Below, in pieces: positions 18,122 to 28,100 of a DNA stretch of 64,000 bases; the first letter of the stretch is position 1; the number at the start of each line of letters is the position of its first letter. This stretch comes from a virus. The notes below the pieces were generated by a model that was given only the letters and a program-made list of their open reading frames with translations, was not told the origin of the DNA and searched no databases. Both the position numbers and the translations under genes were made by a program. The stretch covers positions 21,050-85,049 of the IMG/VR virus record IMGVR_UViG_3300049432_000151; one strand, 5' to 3'.

Positions 18122-19399
18122 ATGGCTACCAAAGATGTGACGCTCAATGACGTTGCCAATTTCGTCTTCGAGCAGATGTTCAACGACCCGAAGCTCCGTG
18201 AGGTTCCGGAGAACGAGCGCGCGGCATACGTCGCCAAGCGCTTCAATGCTCTCGCCGAGGAAGTCGCTGAGGCTCGCGCCGAGGCGAAGGTCACCGGCAT
18301 CCGCACGCAGATGACCGAGCTGCAGTCGGCGATGACCGAGATGCAGGAGCGCGCGACGCGCGCCGAGAAGTTCCGCGCCAACGACCACGGCTTCCACCGC
18401 GGCATCGATGGCAAGCTCCAGCCGAACGTCTCCCGCGAGACGGCGGAGACGCTCGTCACGATGATCCGCGCCATGAAGGACAAGGAGTTCGAAAAAGCAC
18501 GCGCCGTTTCGAGCGGCGTGGGCGCTGAAGGCGGATTCCTCCTCCAGACCGATGTCGCTGCCGACATCCTTCGCCTCGTCCCTGACACCGGTCTGTATCC
18601 GCAGATTGCGCGTCCGTGGCCGATGGGAACGAAGAAGGTCGACATCGGCAGCGTGCTCTCTCAGATGGGTGCGTACTGGCCCGAAGAGAACAACGCGATC
18701 ACGCCGAGCTTCCCTGGCTTCGGAAAGGTCTCGCTCGAGGCGAAGTTGCTCGGCGCGCTGATCCCAGTTCCTCTGACACTCATCGAGGATTCCACCCCCG
18801 AGCTCGGCCAGCTCTTCGCTGATCTGATCCGGGAGTGCATCGCACTCGAGATTGACCGCGTCGCCATCGTAGGCAAGTCGGCCGCGAACGGCGGAACGGA
18901 TCCGTTTGACGGTCTGCTCAACTCCACGGGCATCAAGGTGAAGGTCATGGACAATGGCCACACCTCGTTCAAGAACATCGGCTGGGAGTATCTGCAGGAC
19001 CTGCAGGACACCGTGCCGGAAGGTGCTCGCGACGACAACTCGTACCTCATCAACCAGTCGGTGTTCAACTTCCTGCGCAAGCAGAAGGACGCCGACGGTC
19101 AGCCGATCTGGCAGCGTCCTGCTGACGGTGAGCCGGGCACGTTGTGCGGTAAGCCGTACTTCAAGACCGAGCGGATGCCGGCGTACAGCGCGGCCGCTCA
19201 GCCTTCCAAGCGCAGCGCGCTGTACGGCAACTGGAAGAAGTGGGCAATCTTCGGCAACCGCAAGGAGCTGACGATCGCCACCTCTGACGTTGCGGGTGAC
19301 GCATTCAAGAACGTGCAGCTGATCCTGCGCGGAATCACGCGGGTCGGCTTTGCTTCGTTCGGGCCAGCGATCTCCACGCTCGAGACTGCGGCGAACTAG
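18122..19399 (+). CDS. Major capsid protein, HK97 fold
   Basis: N-terminal coiled-coil delta domain, GGFLLQTD, LEAKLLGALIPV...LIEDS, KQKDADGQPIW, LCGKPY, LYGNWK; AGGAG RBS. Confidence 0.95.
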   Translation: MATKDVTLNDVANFVFEQMFNDPKLREVPENERAAYVAKRFNALAEEVAEARAEAKVTGIRTQMTELQSAMTEMQERATRAEKFRANDHGFHRGIDGKLQPNVSRETAETLVTMIRAMKDKEFEKARAVSSGVGAEGGFLLQTDVAADILRLVPDTGLYPQIARPWPMGTKKVDIGSVLSQMGAYWPEENNAITPSFPGFGKVSLEAKLLGALIPVPLTLIEDSTPELGQLFADLIRECIALEIDRVAIVGKSAANGGTDPFDGLLNSTGIKVKVMDNGHTSFKNIGWEYLQDLQDTVPEGARDDNSYLINQSVFNFLRKQKDADGQPIWQRPADGEPGTLCGKPYFKTERMPAYSAAAQPSKRSALYGNWKKWAIFGNRKELTIATSDVAGDAFKNVQLILRGITRVGFASFGPAISTLETAAN

Positions 19400-19497
19400 T
19401 TCGCGTCAGCCTCCCCTCGTCTCTTCTCCCATCATCAACCATCTGATCGGTGCGGCGCGCTCCAGCCTGGGGCGCGTCGCACTCAGGAGACACGGCT

Positions 19498-20193
19498 ATG
19501 CCGTTCAACGAAAACAACGTGTTCTACCAGGACCCAGTCCTGCTGCCGGGCGCGCAGGTCACGCCTCGCATCGTCAACGCGGACGTCAGCCTTCCGGCGA
19601 CACCGTTCGACTTTGCGGATGCTCAGACGCTCTTCGCGAATCTGAACATTCACGAGTTCCTCGTCACCGCCCTCGCTGGCGCGAACAACGACCTCGCGTT
19701 CATCGCGCGGACGCCGGGCACCACGCCGACGGTTCGCGTAACGTTCACCGTCGCTGGCAACAACACCCCCCTCTCGATCGCAGTGGTCGGTGAGGACATC
19801 ACCGTCAACGTCGCAACCGGCGCCGGTGGTGCTGCTACGTCGACGGCTGCGCAGGTGAAGGCGGCGATCGAAGCGCACGCTGCGGCGAGCGCTCTGGTCG
19901 TCGTCGAGCTCGCGCCGGCCAATGATGGCACCGGTGTCGTCACTGCCCTGGCTCAGACCCCGCTCGCTGGGCCCACGGGCACCACGCCGACGATGGACGT
20001 CAAACTCCAGCACGGCATCACCGCGACCACTCTCGCGGACCATTCCGCCTTCGCACAGAAGACCGCCGCGTCCGTCGAGTTCAAGACGTTCGCGAACGTC
20101 GCGTCGAAGGGTCAGTGGGTCCTCGACCGCGGCGCCGACGCTGACGAAGTGTTCGCCGTCAGCATCGTCGCGCAGTACCGCCCGAAAGCGTAA
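19498..20193 (+). CDS. Putative head decoration protein with an inserted beta domain
   Basis: Follows the capsid gene, AGGAG RBS; GTTPTMDVKLQHG...AFAQKTA pattern. Confidence 0.5.
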   Translation: MPFNENNVFYQDPVLLPGAQVTPRIVNADVSLPATPFDFADAQTLFANLNIHEFLVTALAGANNDLAFIARTPGTTPTVRVTFTVAGNNTPLSIAVVGEDITVNVATGAGGAATSTAAQVKAAIEAHAAASALVVVELAPANDGTGVVTALAQTPLAGPTGTTPTMDVKLQHGITATTLADHSAFAQKTAASVEFKTFANVASKGQWVLDRGADADEVFAVSIVAQYRPKA

Positions 20194-20226
20194 CCGCGCA
20201 ACCCAACCATCATCAACGCATTCCGA

Positions 20227-20254
20227 GTGAGGGGCGGCTTCCGCCGCCTCTCAC
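20227..20254 (+). terminator. GC-rich hairpin (terminator or processing site)
   Basis: GTGAGGGGCGGC-TTCC-GCCGCCTCTCAC; no U tract. Confidence 0.35.
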
Positions 20255-20266
20255 GCTGGAGAATCG

Positions 20267-20665
20267 ATGCGATTCGAGATCACAACCGCGGTCCACTTCG
20301 GCTACATGCGGACGCCGGGTGTCTATGACGACATGACCGAAGCTGATGCGGCGAACCTGTCGGCACCGCGGGCAGGGCTGCCACACGGGTACGGGCGTGC
20401 CGTTGCTGAAGAGAACTCGCCAGTGGTGGCGCCCGTTGTCGCACCGCTTCAGCCGGCAGTCGAGGACACAAATGATGAAACCACCGCAGAGAAATCCGAG
20501 CCGCCCTCCAGCGGAACGGGATCGAATGATCCGGCAACAGGATCATCGAACACGGATCCGAAACAACCTGCCGAGTTCACCTGCCCCACCTGCAGCAAGT
20601 CCTTCACCGAGTCCGCAGACCCGGCAGTCTCCCTCTCCGGACACAGACGTTCGAAGAAACACTGA
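20267..20665 (+). CDS. Hypothetical phage protein with C-terminal C2H2-like zinc finger
   Basis: FTCPTCSKSF...LSGHRRSKKH; GGAG RBS. Confidence 0.6.
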   Translation: MRFEITTAVHFGYMRTPGVYDDMTEADAANLSAPRAGLPHGYGRAVAEENSPVVAPVVAPLQPAVEDTNDETTAEKSEPPSSGTGSNDPATGSSNTDPKQPAEFTCPTCSKSFTESADPAVSLSGHRRSKKH

Positions 20666-20675
20666 GGAGTGACGC

Positions 20676-20849
20676 GTGCCAGGCGGCTACTCACACAGCA
20701 ACGTCGAGGACTTCGAGCGGAACGAGGGTGATCGCAAGGCTTCGAACCTGCGGATCGCGTTGCTCGTGATGCTCTGGGACCTGCTGCTTCACCTCATCGA
20801 CGTTCGATACGGGTCACTTTTCCGCGCGTTGTTTGAGTACAGGTTCTAA
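20676..20849 (+). CDS. Small hypothetical protein (57 aa)
   Basis: Below cutoff. GAGGAG RBS, GTG start, fills the operon gap: MPGGYSHSNVEDFERNEGDRKASNLRIALLVMLWDLLLHLIDVRYGSLFRALFEYRF*. Confidence 0.55.
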   Translation: MPGGYSHSNVEDFERNEGDRKASNLRIALLVMLWDLLLHLIDVRYGSLFRALFEYRF

Positions 20850-20852
20850 CCG

Positions 20853-21155
20853 ATGGCGAAGAACGGGCCCGACCAGTACGACGTGATCATCACTAATCCG
20901 AGCGAGGTCATACCTCTCGGCGATGAATTGCCGATCAGGGGAACAGTTCTGATCGTGGCTCGAGAGGAGAACGTCGGGCGGCCAAAGTTCGGCGTTGTCG
21001 GCGTGCTCTCTCCCGTGAGCTCCGGTAAGCGGCTGCGTCGAGAAGACGTCGTAACGCTTGACCATCCTGGCGGCATACGCCTCAGCCAGTACGGCATAAC
21101 CGGTGGCAACGTCGGCGACGGTGTGACGATCATCCATGGAGGCTGGTCACTGTGA
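20853..21155 (+). CDS. Small beta-rich virion-associated hypothetical protein
   Basis: 100 aa within the operon; GTGA overlap with the next gene. Confidence 0.6.
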   Translation: MAKNGPDQYDVIITNPSEVIPLGDELPIRGTVLIVAREENVGRPKFGVVGVLSPVSSGKRLRREDVVTLDHPGGIRLSQYGITGGNVGDGVTIIHGGWSL

Positions 21156-22876
21156 AGTTACTTGCCTCACTGGTTGCCGTGTCGCTCCTTGCGGGACCGG
21201 TATTCGCGCAGAACCGCGAGGTCGACGCGAACATCTACGTCAACGGCCAGCCGGTGACCGCGCTGAACCCGTTGCCGATTACGGGCCTCGCCGGCGGTGG
21301 CGGCGGCGGTTCGGTGCAGCTGCAATTGAGGAGCGCGCTGAGCGTCTGGACGGATCTCGGCTACTGCGCCGGCTGTCTCAACATGCCGATCCAAGGCACA
21401 GTTTCAATCACCGGATCCGTAGCGGTTACAGGAGGCCTCACCGACGCTCAGCTTCGGGCGAGCGGTGTAGCCGTGACCGGCACTTTCTGGCAGGCGACAC
21501 AACCGGTGAGCGGCACGCTCGGCCGGTCGTGGACTCTTGCCAGCGGCACAGACAGCGTCGCTATCTCAGGTTCGATCTCGAACACGTCGTTCAACGTCGG
21601 CAACTTCCCGTCCACATACGACACCAGCGATCGCGCCGCGCGTCTGCTGGGCATCGTGTACGGCGAACAGGGCCAGCTCGCGCAGCGCACGACGACGCGC
21701 GACCTGTTCATGCAACTGCGGACCGGAGGCGCTGAGTACGACGCACGGCAGATCCGGACCATTACCGAAACTCTCGTCACCAAGGGCGCCGGAGCCGTCG
21801 TCGCCGAATCGTTGGCCGTCCGTTGCGTCAACGCTGCCGGCAACGCCTTTGAGTCGTGCGCAGGCGCAGGCGGTCCGGGCGGTGGAACCGTGGCGATCGA
21901 CCAGACCGGAACAGCAAACGACGTCGAAGTCACGAACTCCTCGATCGCCGTCACGGGAACATTCTGGCAGGCTACCCAACCCGTGAGCGGCACCTTCTGG
22001 CAGGCGACGCAGCCTGTCAGCGGTCCTGTGACAGACGCGCAGCTCCGCGCGACCGCGGTTCCGGTCTCCGGTACGTTCTGGCAAGCAACGCAACCAGTCA
22101 GCGGGCCGCTCACGGACGCGCAGTTGCGCGCGACGGCGGTGCCGGTCAGCGGCTTCCCGACGACCGCGGCGTCCACCGCTGTGGCGGTCCGGTGCGTGAA
22201 CACAGCCGGCAACGCGTTCGAAGCGTGCGGCGGCTCGAGCTCGGGCGGAGGTGCGACGGCAACAGCAGCCGCGCCGACGTATCTGGAAGGTGCAGCCGCA
22301 GCTCTTTCGGTTGACCTCAGTGGGGGCTTGCGCGTCGAGACGAAGTACGGTGGCGCTCACAGTTCAGTGACGCCAGCCGACGCAGCGATGACGGGCGGCT
22401 ACGCCGAGGCAGAGGCAGCAGCGCTAGACTCGAGCGGCGTGGTCGAAGGCGACATCACGCGCAACAAATCGGACATTGAAGGCCGGCAGTTCATGCGGAC
22501 CGATCATCCGAACAGCTTCTTCTGTGCGATGACGTCGACGGCTGTCGCGGCCACGGTCATCACCGGGTGCGTCGGTGCCGGCGGCGCAACGATGGCGTCA
22601 CCTGGAGCTGGGCTGCGGCGCTACATCACGGACATTTCATACAACTCCTCGATCATCTCCACGACGGCGAACTTTATGCAGCTCAGCTACGGCACCGGCG
22701 CTACCTGCGCGACCGGCAACGTGCCGTTCTATCGTGGCAGCAACTCGGTGGCGTTTCTCACTGTCACAGAGCCGATCGTCACTCCGATCCGCACCGGCGT
22801 GGCCACAGACGTTTGCTTCATTCACCCTGGCGCCGGCACGAGGCAGATCAACATCCGCGGCTACGTCGCGCCGTAA
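21152..22876 (+). CDS. Fibre-like beta-repeat protein with Sec signal peptide
   Basis: MKLLASLVAVSLLAGPVFA/Q; GTFWQATQPVSG x4, TDAQLRA x3, AVRCVNxAGNAFExC x2; GGAGG RBS. Confidence 0.75.
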   Translation: MKLLASLVAVSLLAGPVFAQNREVDANIYVNGQPVTALNPLPITGLAGGGGGGSVQLQLRSALSVWTDLGYCAGCLNMPIQGTVSITGSVAVTGGLTDAQLRASGVAVTGTFWQATQPVSGTLGRSWTLASGTDSVAISGSISNTSFNVGNFPSTYDTSDRAARLLGIVYGEQGQLAQRTTTRDLFMQLRTGGAEYDARQIRTITETLVTKGAGAVVAESLAVRCVNAAGNAFESCAGAGGPGGGTVAIDQTGTANDVEVTNSSIAVTGTFWQATQPVSGTFWQATQPVSGPVTDAQLRATAVPVSGTFWQATQPVSGPLTDAQLRATAVPVSGFPTTAASTAVAVRCVNTAGNAFEACGGSSSGGGATATAAAPTYLEGAAAALSVDLSGGLRVETKYGGAHSSVTPADAAMTGGYAEAEAAALDSSGVVEGDITRNKSDIEGRQFMRTDHPNSFFCAMTSTAVAATVITGCVGAGGATMASPGAGLRRYITDISYNSSIISTTANFMQLSYGTGATCATGNVPFYRGSNSVAFLTVTEPIVTPIRTGVATDVCFIHPGAGTRQINIRGYVAP

Positions 22877-22900
22877 TCCACCAACCAACAAAGGAGCAAC

Positions 22901-23356
22901 ATGAAACGAGCACTCGTCCTCGTCCTGGCACTGGTGTGCCTCTTCACCCTCACGTCGTGCGTCGGCAATCCTCCACCGCATTCGGGAGCGACACTCGACG
23001 CGCCGGAGCGGATCCTGCTCCCTGCAGCGAAGTCGGCCTGCGCCATCTACACGAAAGCGCGGCCGCAGGTTGCCGCATTCAAAGCGTGGGCGACTGTGAA
23101 CTGGAACGCGACGGTTCCAGGGACGAACACTCCGATCATTGCGGCCGAGATGAAAGCGACACTCCTCGAGTTCGACGCATACGTGCCCGCGCTGAAGATC
23201 GTAGGCAACGCGTCGTGCTCGGCCAGCCTCGTCGAATACGAGTCAGCACTCTCTCCTCTTCCATCTGAGCGGCATTTCGATTGGGACCGCGTGCTCAACA
23301 TCACCGCGAAGGTCGCCGGCGTCGCACTCGACCTCCATCAGCAGGGGGCGTTCTAG
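22901..23356 (+). CDS. Lipoprotein
   Basis: MKRALVLVLALVCLFTLTSC lipobox-like signal; AAGGAG RBS. Confidence 0.7.
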   Translation: MKRALVLVLALVCLFTLTSCVGNPPPHSGATLDAPERILLPAAKSACAIYTKARPQVAAFKAWATVNWNATVPGTNTPIIAAEMKATLLEFDAYVPALKIVGNASCSASLVEYESALSPLPSERHFDWDRVLNITAKVAGVALDLHQQGAF

Positions 23357-23358
23357 CC

Positions 23359-23709
23359 ATGGCGCTAAAGACAGGTGATAAGGCCACACCGCCTGCCGTG
23401 AGCGCGAGCCCAGAATCCGTTGAGACGGCAACGGCAACTGCACCAACTCCCGGACCGAAGCCGGATGGAATCGTCATCAATCCCGCTCGCGAGAGCCGGA
23501 AGCTCACCATCCTGACGATTGAGGAAGGTCCCGAGGTCCTCGCCGAGACGACCGTCGACGGTGACGCATCCGCAGTGATTGGCCGTGTACTCGAGGCGGT
23601 CAAGAAGCACGGGGTCACCGTCATCCGCGTCTGGCAGCACGGCGAGGGGAAGCTGATCGCCGAAGCGCTTCGGCAGGTCGCGGGGCTCAAAGTTCTCGAG
23701 CTGAAGTGA
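23359..23709 (+). CDS. Hypothetical protein resembling an inactive terminase nuclease domain
   Basis: IVINPARES..LTIL..EEG.EVL...DASAVIGRVLEAVKKHGVTVIRVWQHGEGKLIAEALRQ, judged by eye. Confidence 0.5.
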   Translation: MALKTGDKATPPAVSASPESVETATATAPTPGPKPDGIVINPARESRKLTILTIEEGPEVLAETTVDGDASAVIGRVLEAVKKHGVTVIRVWQHGEGKLIAEALRQVAGLKVLELK

Positions 23710-23717
23710 GGTACCCC

Positions 23718-25145
23718 ATGAAACGCACTCTCTCAGCGGCGATCGTCGCGGCAACGCTCGTGGTCTATCCAGCCTGCGCGCAGTTCGACTTTCGCGGCAT
23801 CGGCACGCACACGATGACCTATCAGGTCTTCAAGAACGCTCCAACGTTGCCATCGGTCTCAAAGCTCGGCGAGACGCTCATCGTCATGGACCCGTTGTGC
23901 AACTGCCTGAAGATCTCGATGAACGGCACGGCGTTCCAAACGCTCGTTCAGACACCGGGCGCGGGCGGTACCGTTCTCAGTGTCTTCGGCCGTGGCGGCG
24001 CGGTCGTGGCGAACTTCGGCGACTACACGGGTGCGCAGGTCCAGGCGACGCCATTCAACACGATTGCCGGTACGAACGTTCAGACGCAGCTGCAGCAGAT
24101 CGACGCACGGATCACCGCGTCCGCGATCACGACCGTGTTCGGCCGGGCCGGAGCTGTTGCTGGCCTCGCTGGCGACTACACCGCCGTAAAGATCACCTCG
24201 ACCGCTTCAGGCTCGATCGGATCCACCGACGTGCAGGCAGCGATTGCTGAGATCGCGAGTGAGAAGTTGGACGGCACCGTCGCCAACACCTATACCGCGC
24301 TCCAGACCTACAACTCACCAACCGCTGCGGTGAGGATCAAGCCGTCGTCGGCTCCGGGCGCAAACGCGAAGCTCTTCGAGCTGCGGTCTAACCTCGATGC
24401 GTCACTCGCATGGTGGGATGCCGAAGGCGACGAGACCGTCAACAGCAGCTACCTCACTTCCGGATCGATCGACACACTCACCGCCCTGACTCTCAAGACT
24501 GCGGGCGTCACGCGCGCTACGATCAATTCGACTGGGGCTACGTTCGCAGGCGTACTGGCGGCGCCGCAGGCAGTCTTTAATTACACGAACGGCGGAGCAG
24601 TCATCGGAACCACGATCGTGGTGACGAACGCTCTGGGTAGTAACGGCATCGGCGTGGACTCTACGGCCACTGCAACTGGCGCAATCGGCTTGAAGGGCAC
24701 GGCCACCAACACGTCCGGCATCGGTGTCAGCGGTACCTGTTCGGCCGCTGCGAACTGTATCGGCGTGCGTGCCGAAACTACCAGCACAAACGTGAACGCG
24801 ACCGCCATCACCGCGGCGGCGGCGCGCGGAACGACTGTGTTCGCTCAAGCGAATGACGCCCTGAACACCAAGTCGACAATCGTCGCTCGTGACTTCGGTC
24901 AGGCAGCGGACACCAAGATGATCGATGCGCAGAGCTCGGGCGGCACTTCGGTGGGCTGGATTGATCGCGAGGGTGACGCCGGGTTCAAGACGATCACCAT
25001 CACGGCCACGGCGTTCGCCTCACTTGGGACGCCTACGAACGGGTCGATCTACTACTGCAACGACTGCACGATCGCAAACCCGTGTGCGGGCAGCGGGACC
25101 GGTGCACTCGCGAAACGCTTGAACGGCGTGTGGGTCTGCAACTGA
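23718..25145 (+). CDS. Fibre-like protein with Sec signal peptide
   Basis: MKRTLSAAIVAATLVVYPACA/Q; VFGRxGAV..xGDYT x2 (phage fibre-type repeat), beta-helix-like G-I-G-V repeats, Cys-rich C-terminus. Confidence 0.75.
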   Translation: MKRTLSAAIVAATLVVYPACAQFDFRGIGTHTMTYQVFKNAPTLPSVSKLGETLIVMDPLCNCLKISMNGTAFQTLVQTPGAGGTVLSVFGRGGAVVANFGDYTGAQVQATPFNTIAGTNVQTQLQQIDARITASAITTVFGRAGAVAGLAGDYTAVKITSTASGSIGSTDVQAAIAEIASEKLDGTVANTYTALQTYNSPTAAVRIKPSSAPGANAKLFELRSNLDASLAWWDAEGDETVNSSYLTSGSIDTLTALTLKTAGVTRATINSTGATFAGVLAAPQAVFNYTNGGAVIGTTIVVTNALGSNGIGVDSTATATGAIGLKGTATNTSGIGVSGTCSAAANCIGVRAETTSTNVNATAITAAAARGTTVFAQANDALNTKSTIVARDFGQAADTKMIDAQSSGGTSVGWIDREGDAGFKTITITATAFASLGTPTNGSIYYCNDCTIANPCAGSGTGALAKRLNGVWVCN

Positions 25146-25195
25146 TCAGGCCCGTCCCCCGCTCATTCCCACAGATCGACCGTCAAGGAGTTCTG

Positions 25196-28100
25196 ATGAT
25201 GAAGAGACTCGCAATCGCGGTTCTGCTGATGCTGACGCTGCCCGCGTCCGCACAGTACAACCGCCCTTCAACGTCGACATCGACGTACATCTGGGCGTTC
25301 AAGCCGACCGCTGTGGCGCCTCCTGTCGCCGAGACTGGCGTGGGTAAGATCTATCTCGATCCGACCTGCGGCTGCCTGAAGTGGAGTTACAGCGGGTCCG
25401 TCTGGGCAAACCTCTACACGCCTGGGCTTGTCTACGTCGCCACCTTCAACGGCCGGACGCAGGCGGTCGTCCCAGCAAACGGGGACTACACCGCGACACA
25501 GGTGACAAACACGCCGGCCGGGGCGGTAGCCGGCACGACGGTGCAGAGCGCACTGAATGAACTTGACACTGAGAAGGCGCCGCTCGCCTCGCCTACCTTC
25601 ACGGGCACCGTTACGGTGCCCTCGCCGTTCACCCTGGGCGCCACGTCGATCACGGTCACCGGGACGGAGATCAATCGACTCGCCGGGGTCGCGTCGAACG
25701 TTCAGACACAGATCGATGCGAAAGCGCCTCTCGCGTCGCCGGCATTGACCGGAACGCCATCCGCACCGACAGCAGCGGTGGACACGAACACGACGCAGAT
25801 CGCAACGACTGCGTACGTCGTCGGTCAGGCGTACCTGAAAAGTGCGACTGCAGCGTCGACATACGAGACGCAGGCGGCACATGCGGCCGACGTCTCTACG
25901 ATCAACGCCGCCATCGCGCTGAAGGCGCCACTCGCATCTCCGACGTTCACAGGAACGGTCACAGCTCCGTCAATCACCGGCGGCATCACGCCCGGCACCG
26001 CTTCGACGTCCACGACAATCGCAAAGAGTGGCATCGGCAGCAGCGTCGCCGTTCAGGTGCAAGCCTCAGCCGCAGCTGACCGAGCGCTGATGTCGCTGTC
26101 AGCTGGCGACGGCACGACGTCCGGACGATTCTCCTTCGTTGACTACATTGCCAACGAGACGACACCTCAGAGGTGGCGCGCGGGTATGAATGGGACGAAG
26201 GACTTTGTCGTCCGTGATGAAACGGGGACGCGGACCCCGATCAGCATCGCGCAGTCAGACGGGACGATCATTCTCACCGCCCCGAGTGCGGCGGCTGTCT
26301 TTATGAACACGGGCTACGCGCGGCTGAGGCATGCCGCGGCTGGAAACACGACGTTCGACGTTCAATCCAACGGAGCAGCAAACAACGCGTCGATCGGCAT
26401 CATGAGCGGCGATGGGACAACGTCTAGCCGCTTCGCTGTTGTCAGCTTCGCTTCCTCTGAGACGGTTCCTCAGTCTTGGGCAACGGGCATGTATTCCAGC
26501 AAGAACTGGGTCGTCAGGGACGACACGGCTGGGCGCACACCAATCTCCATCGCTCAGACCGACGGCCTCGTCTCAATCGCGAACGGCTTGAGCGTCACCT
26601 CCGCAAGCGGCAACACCTTCGTAGCGATCACAACGGTCGCCGATGCGGTTGCTCGAGTCCACGCCAATTCGGCGACTCACGCGGCGCAGGTTGACGTCGT
26701 TTCAGGTAACGCAACGACCTCATCTCGAAACTCGTTCATTCGTATTCGGTCGAGTGAAACAGCGACGCAAGAGTGGCGCATCGGAATGGAGGCTAGCAAG
26801 AACTTCTCAATCAACGACACGACGGCGGGTAAGTCGCGCATCGTTTTGCGGCAGGACGTGCCGGGCCTCGTCGGTATCAATGGCTCACCGTCCGCTGGCA
26901 CGCTCGATGTTCGACCCGCGGACGGCTCGGTTGCAGCGTCAGTGGCAGCGACGGCGCCAAACACAACCGGTGCTGCAACAGTTCGGGTGTCCAGCGGAGA
27001 CGGTACAACGTCCGCGCGGGCTGCGTACCTCGACGTGGTCTCAAGCGAAACGTCGACTCAGCGATGGATCGCGGGCATGAACGGCACTAAGAACTTCGTC
27101 GTGACCGACATTACCGGCTCTCGAACGCCGATCAGCGTTGCTCAGACCGACGGTGGCGTCACCTTTTCTGCTCGCATCGGAGTCGGCGTCGCGGCGGCGA
27201 CCGGGTTGGAGCGCATTAAAGGCTACGGCACTGATGCTTCCGAATACCTGACCATCGAAAACGCAAGCACGACAGGTGCTTCGATCATGAACTCCGTGGC
27301 CGGGAACGGAACGACGTCGAGTCGCAACTCCTACCTCCGCCTTTTTTCGAATGAGACGATTACGCAAGAGTGGCGAGCTGGGATGCAGGGCGACAAGACC
27401 TACAGAATTCGCAACCAGACCGCATCCCGAGATCAGATGGTGTTTCGCGACGATCTCGCGTACGTAGGTATCAATGCCACACCGTCCTATCACCTCGATG
27501 TTCAGGACGCGACAGCGAGTGCAACAGTTCGGGTCCGCTCTTCTGCCGCTGCCACCAATGCGATCTTTCGCGCTGAAGGCGGAAGTGGAACGAGCGTAGC
27601 TGGCGTCATTCTCTCGGCGGGCGACGGCACCACCTCTAACCGTAACGCGTACACGCAATTCGTAGCCAACGAAACGTCCTCGCAAACGTGGAACGCGGGA
27701 ATGGTTGGTTCAAAAGATTGGCGCATCTCGGATGCAACGGGTGCGCGCGTTCCGCTCAGCATCGCGCAGACCGACGGCCTCGTCACGTTCGCTAATGGCC
27801 TCGACGCCAGCACGGGTGATCAGCGGGTGAAGGGCTACAAGTTGCAGGCTTTCACACTGCGCATCGTGAACACGGCCGGGGTGATTCAGCACTCGATCTT
27901 CGCCACGTCCACGGCGTTCGCGACCACGATCACTGGAGCCACAGCGACGCTAGCGAACACACCGACCGTCGACGCGGCGACGCCGTTCGTGTCAGGCGGC
28001 GGGCTGATGTCGGGAGCGACTGAGAACTTCGTGTTCGACACAGCTACCGCACAGGGAGTCGAGATTATCGGGGTCGCAAGCGTGGAGTTCTATTCCGCTG

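Noticed and set aside
19498-20193. Tail sheath gene, implying a myovirus or tailocin
   Set aside because: Far too short, and no baseplate wedge genes; the tail tip is lambda-like M/L/K/I-J.
21470-22150. Repeats in the 574-aa gene as DGR template/variable repeats or CRISPR
   Set aside because: They are in-frame coding repeats differing mainly at synonymous positions, not adenine-specific, and there is no reverse transcriptase in the window.
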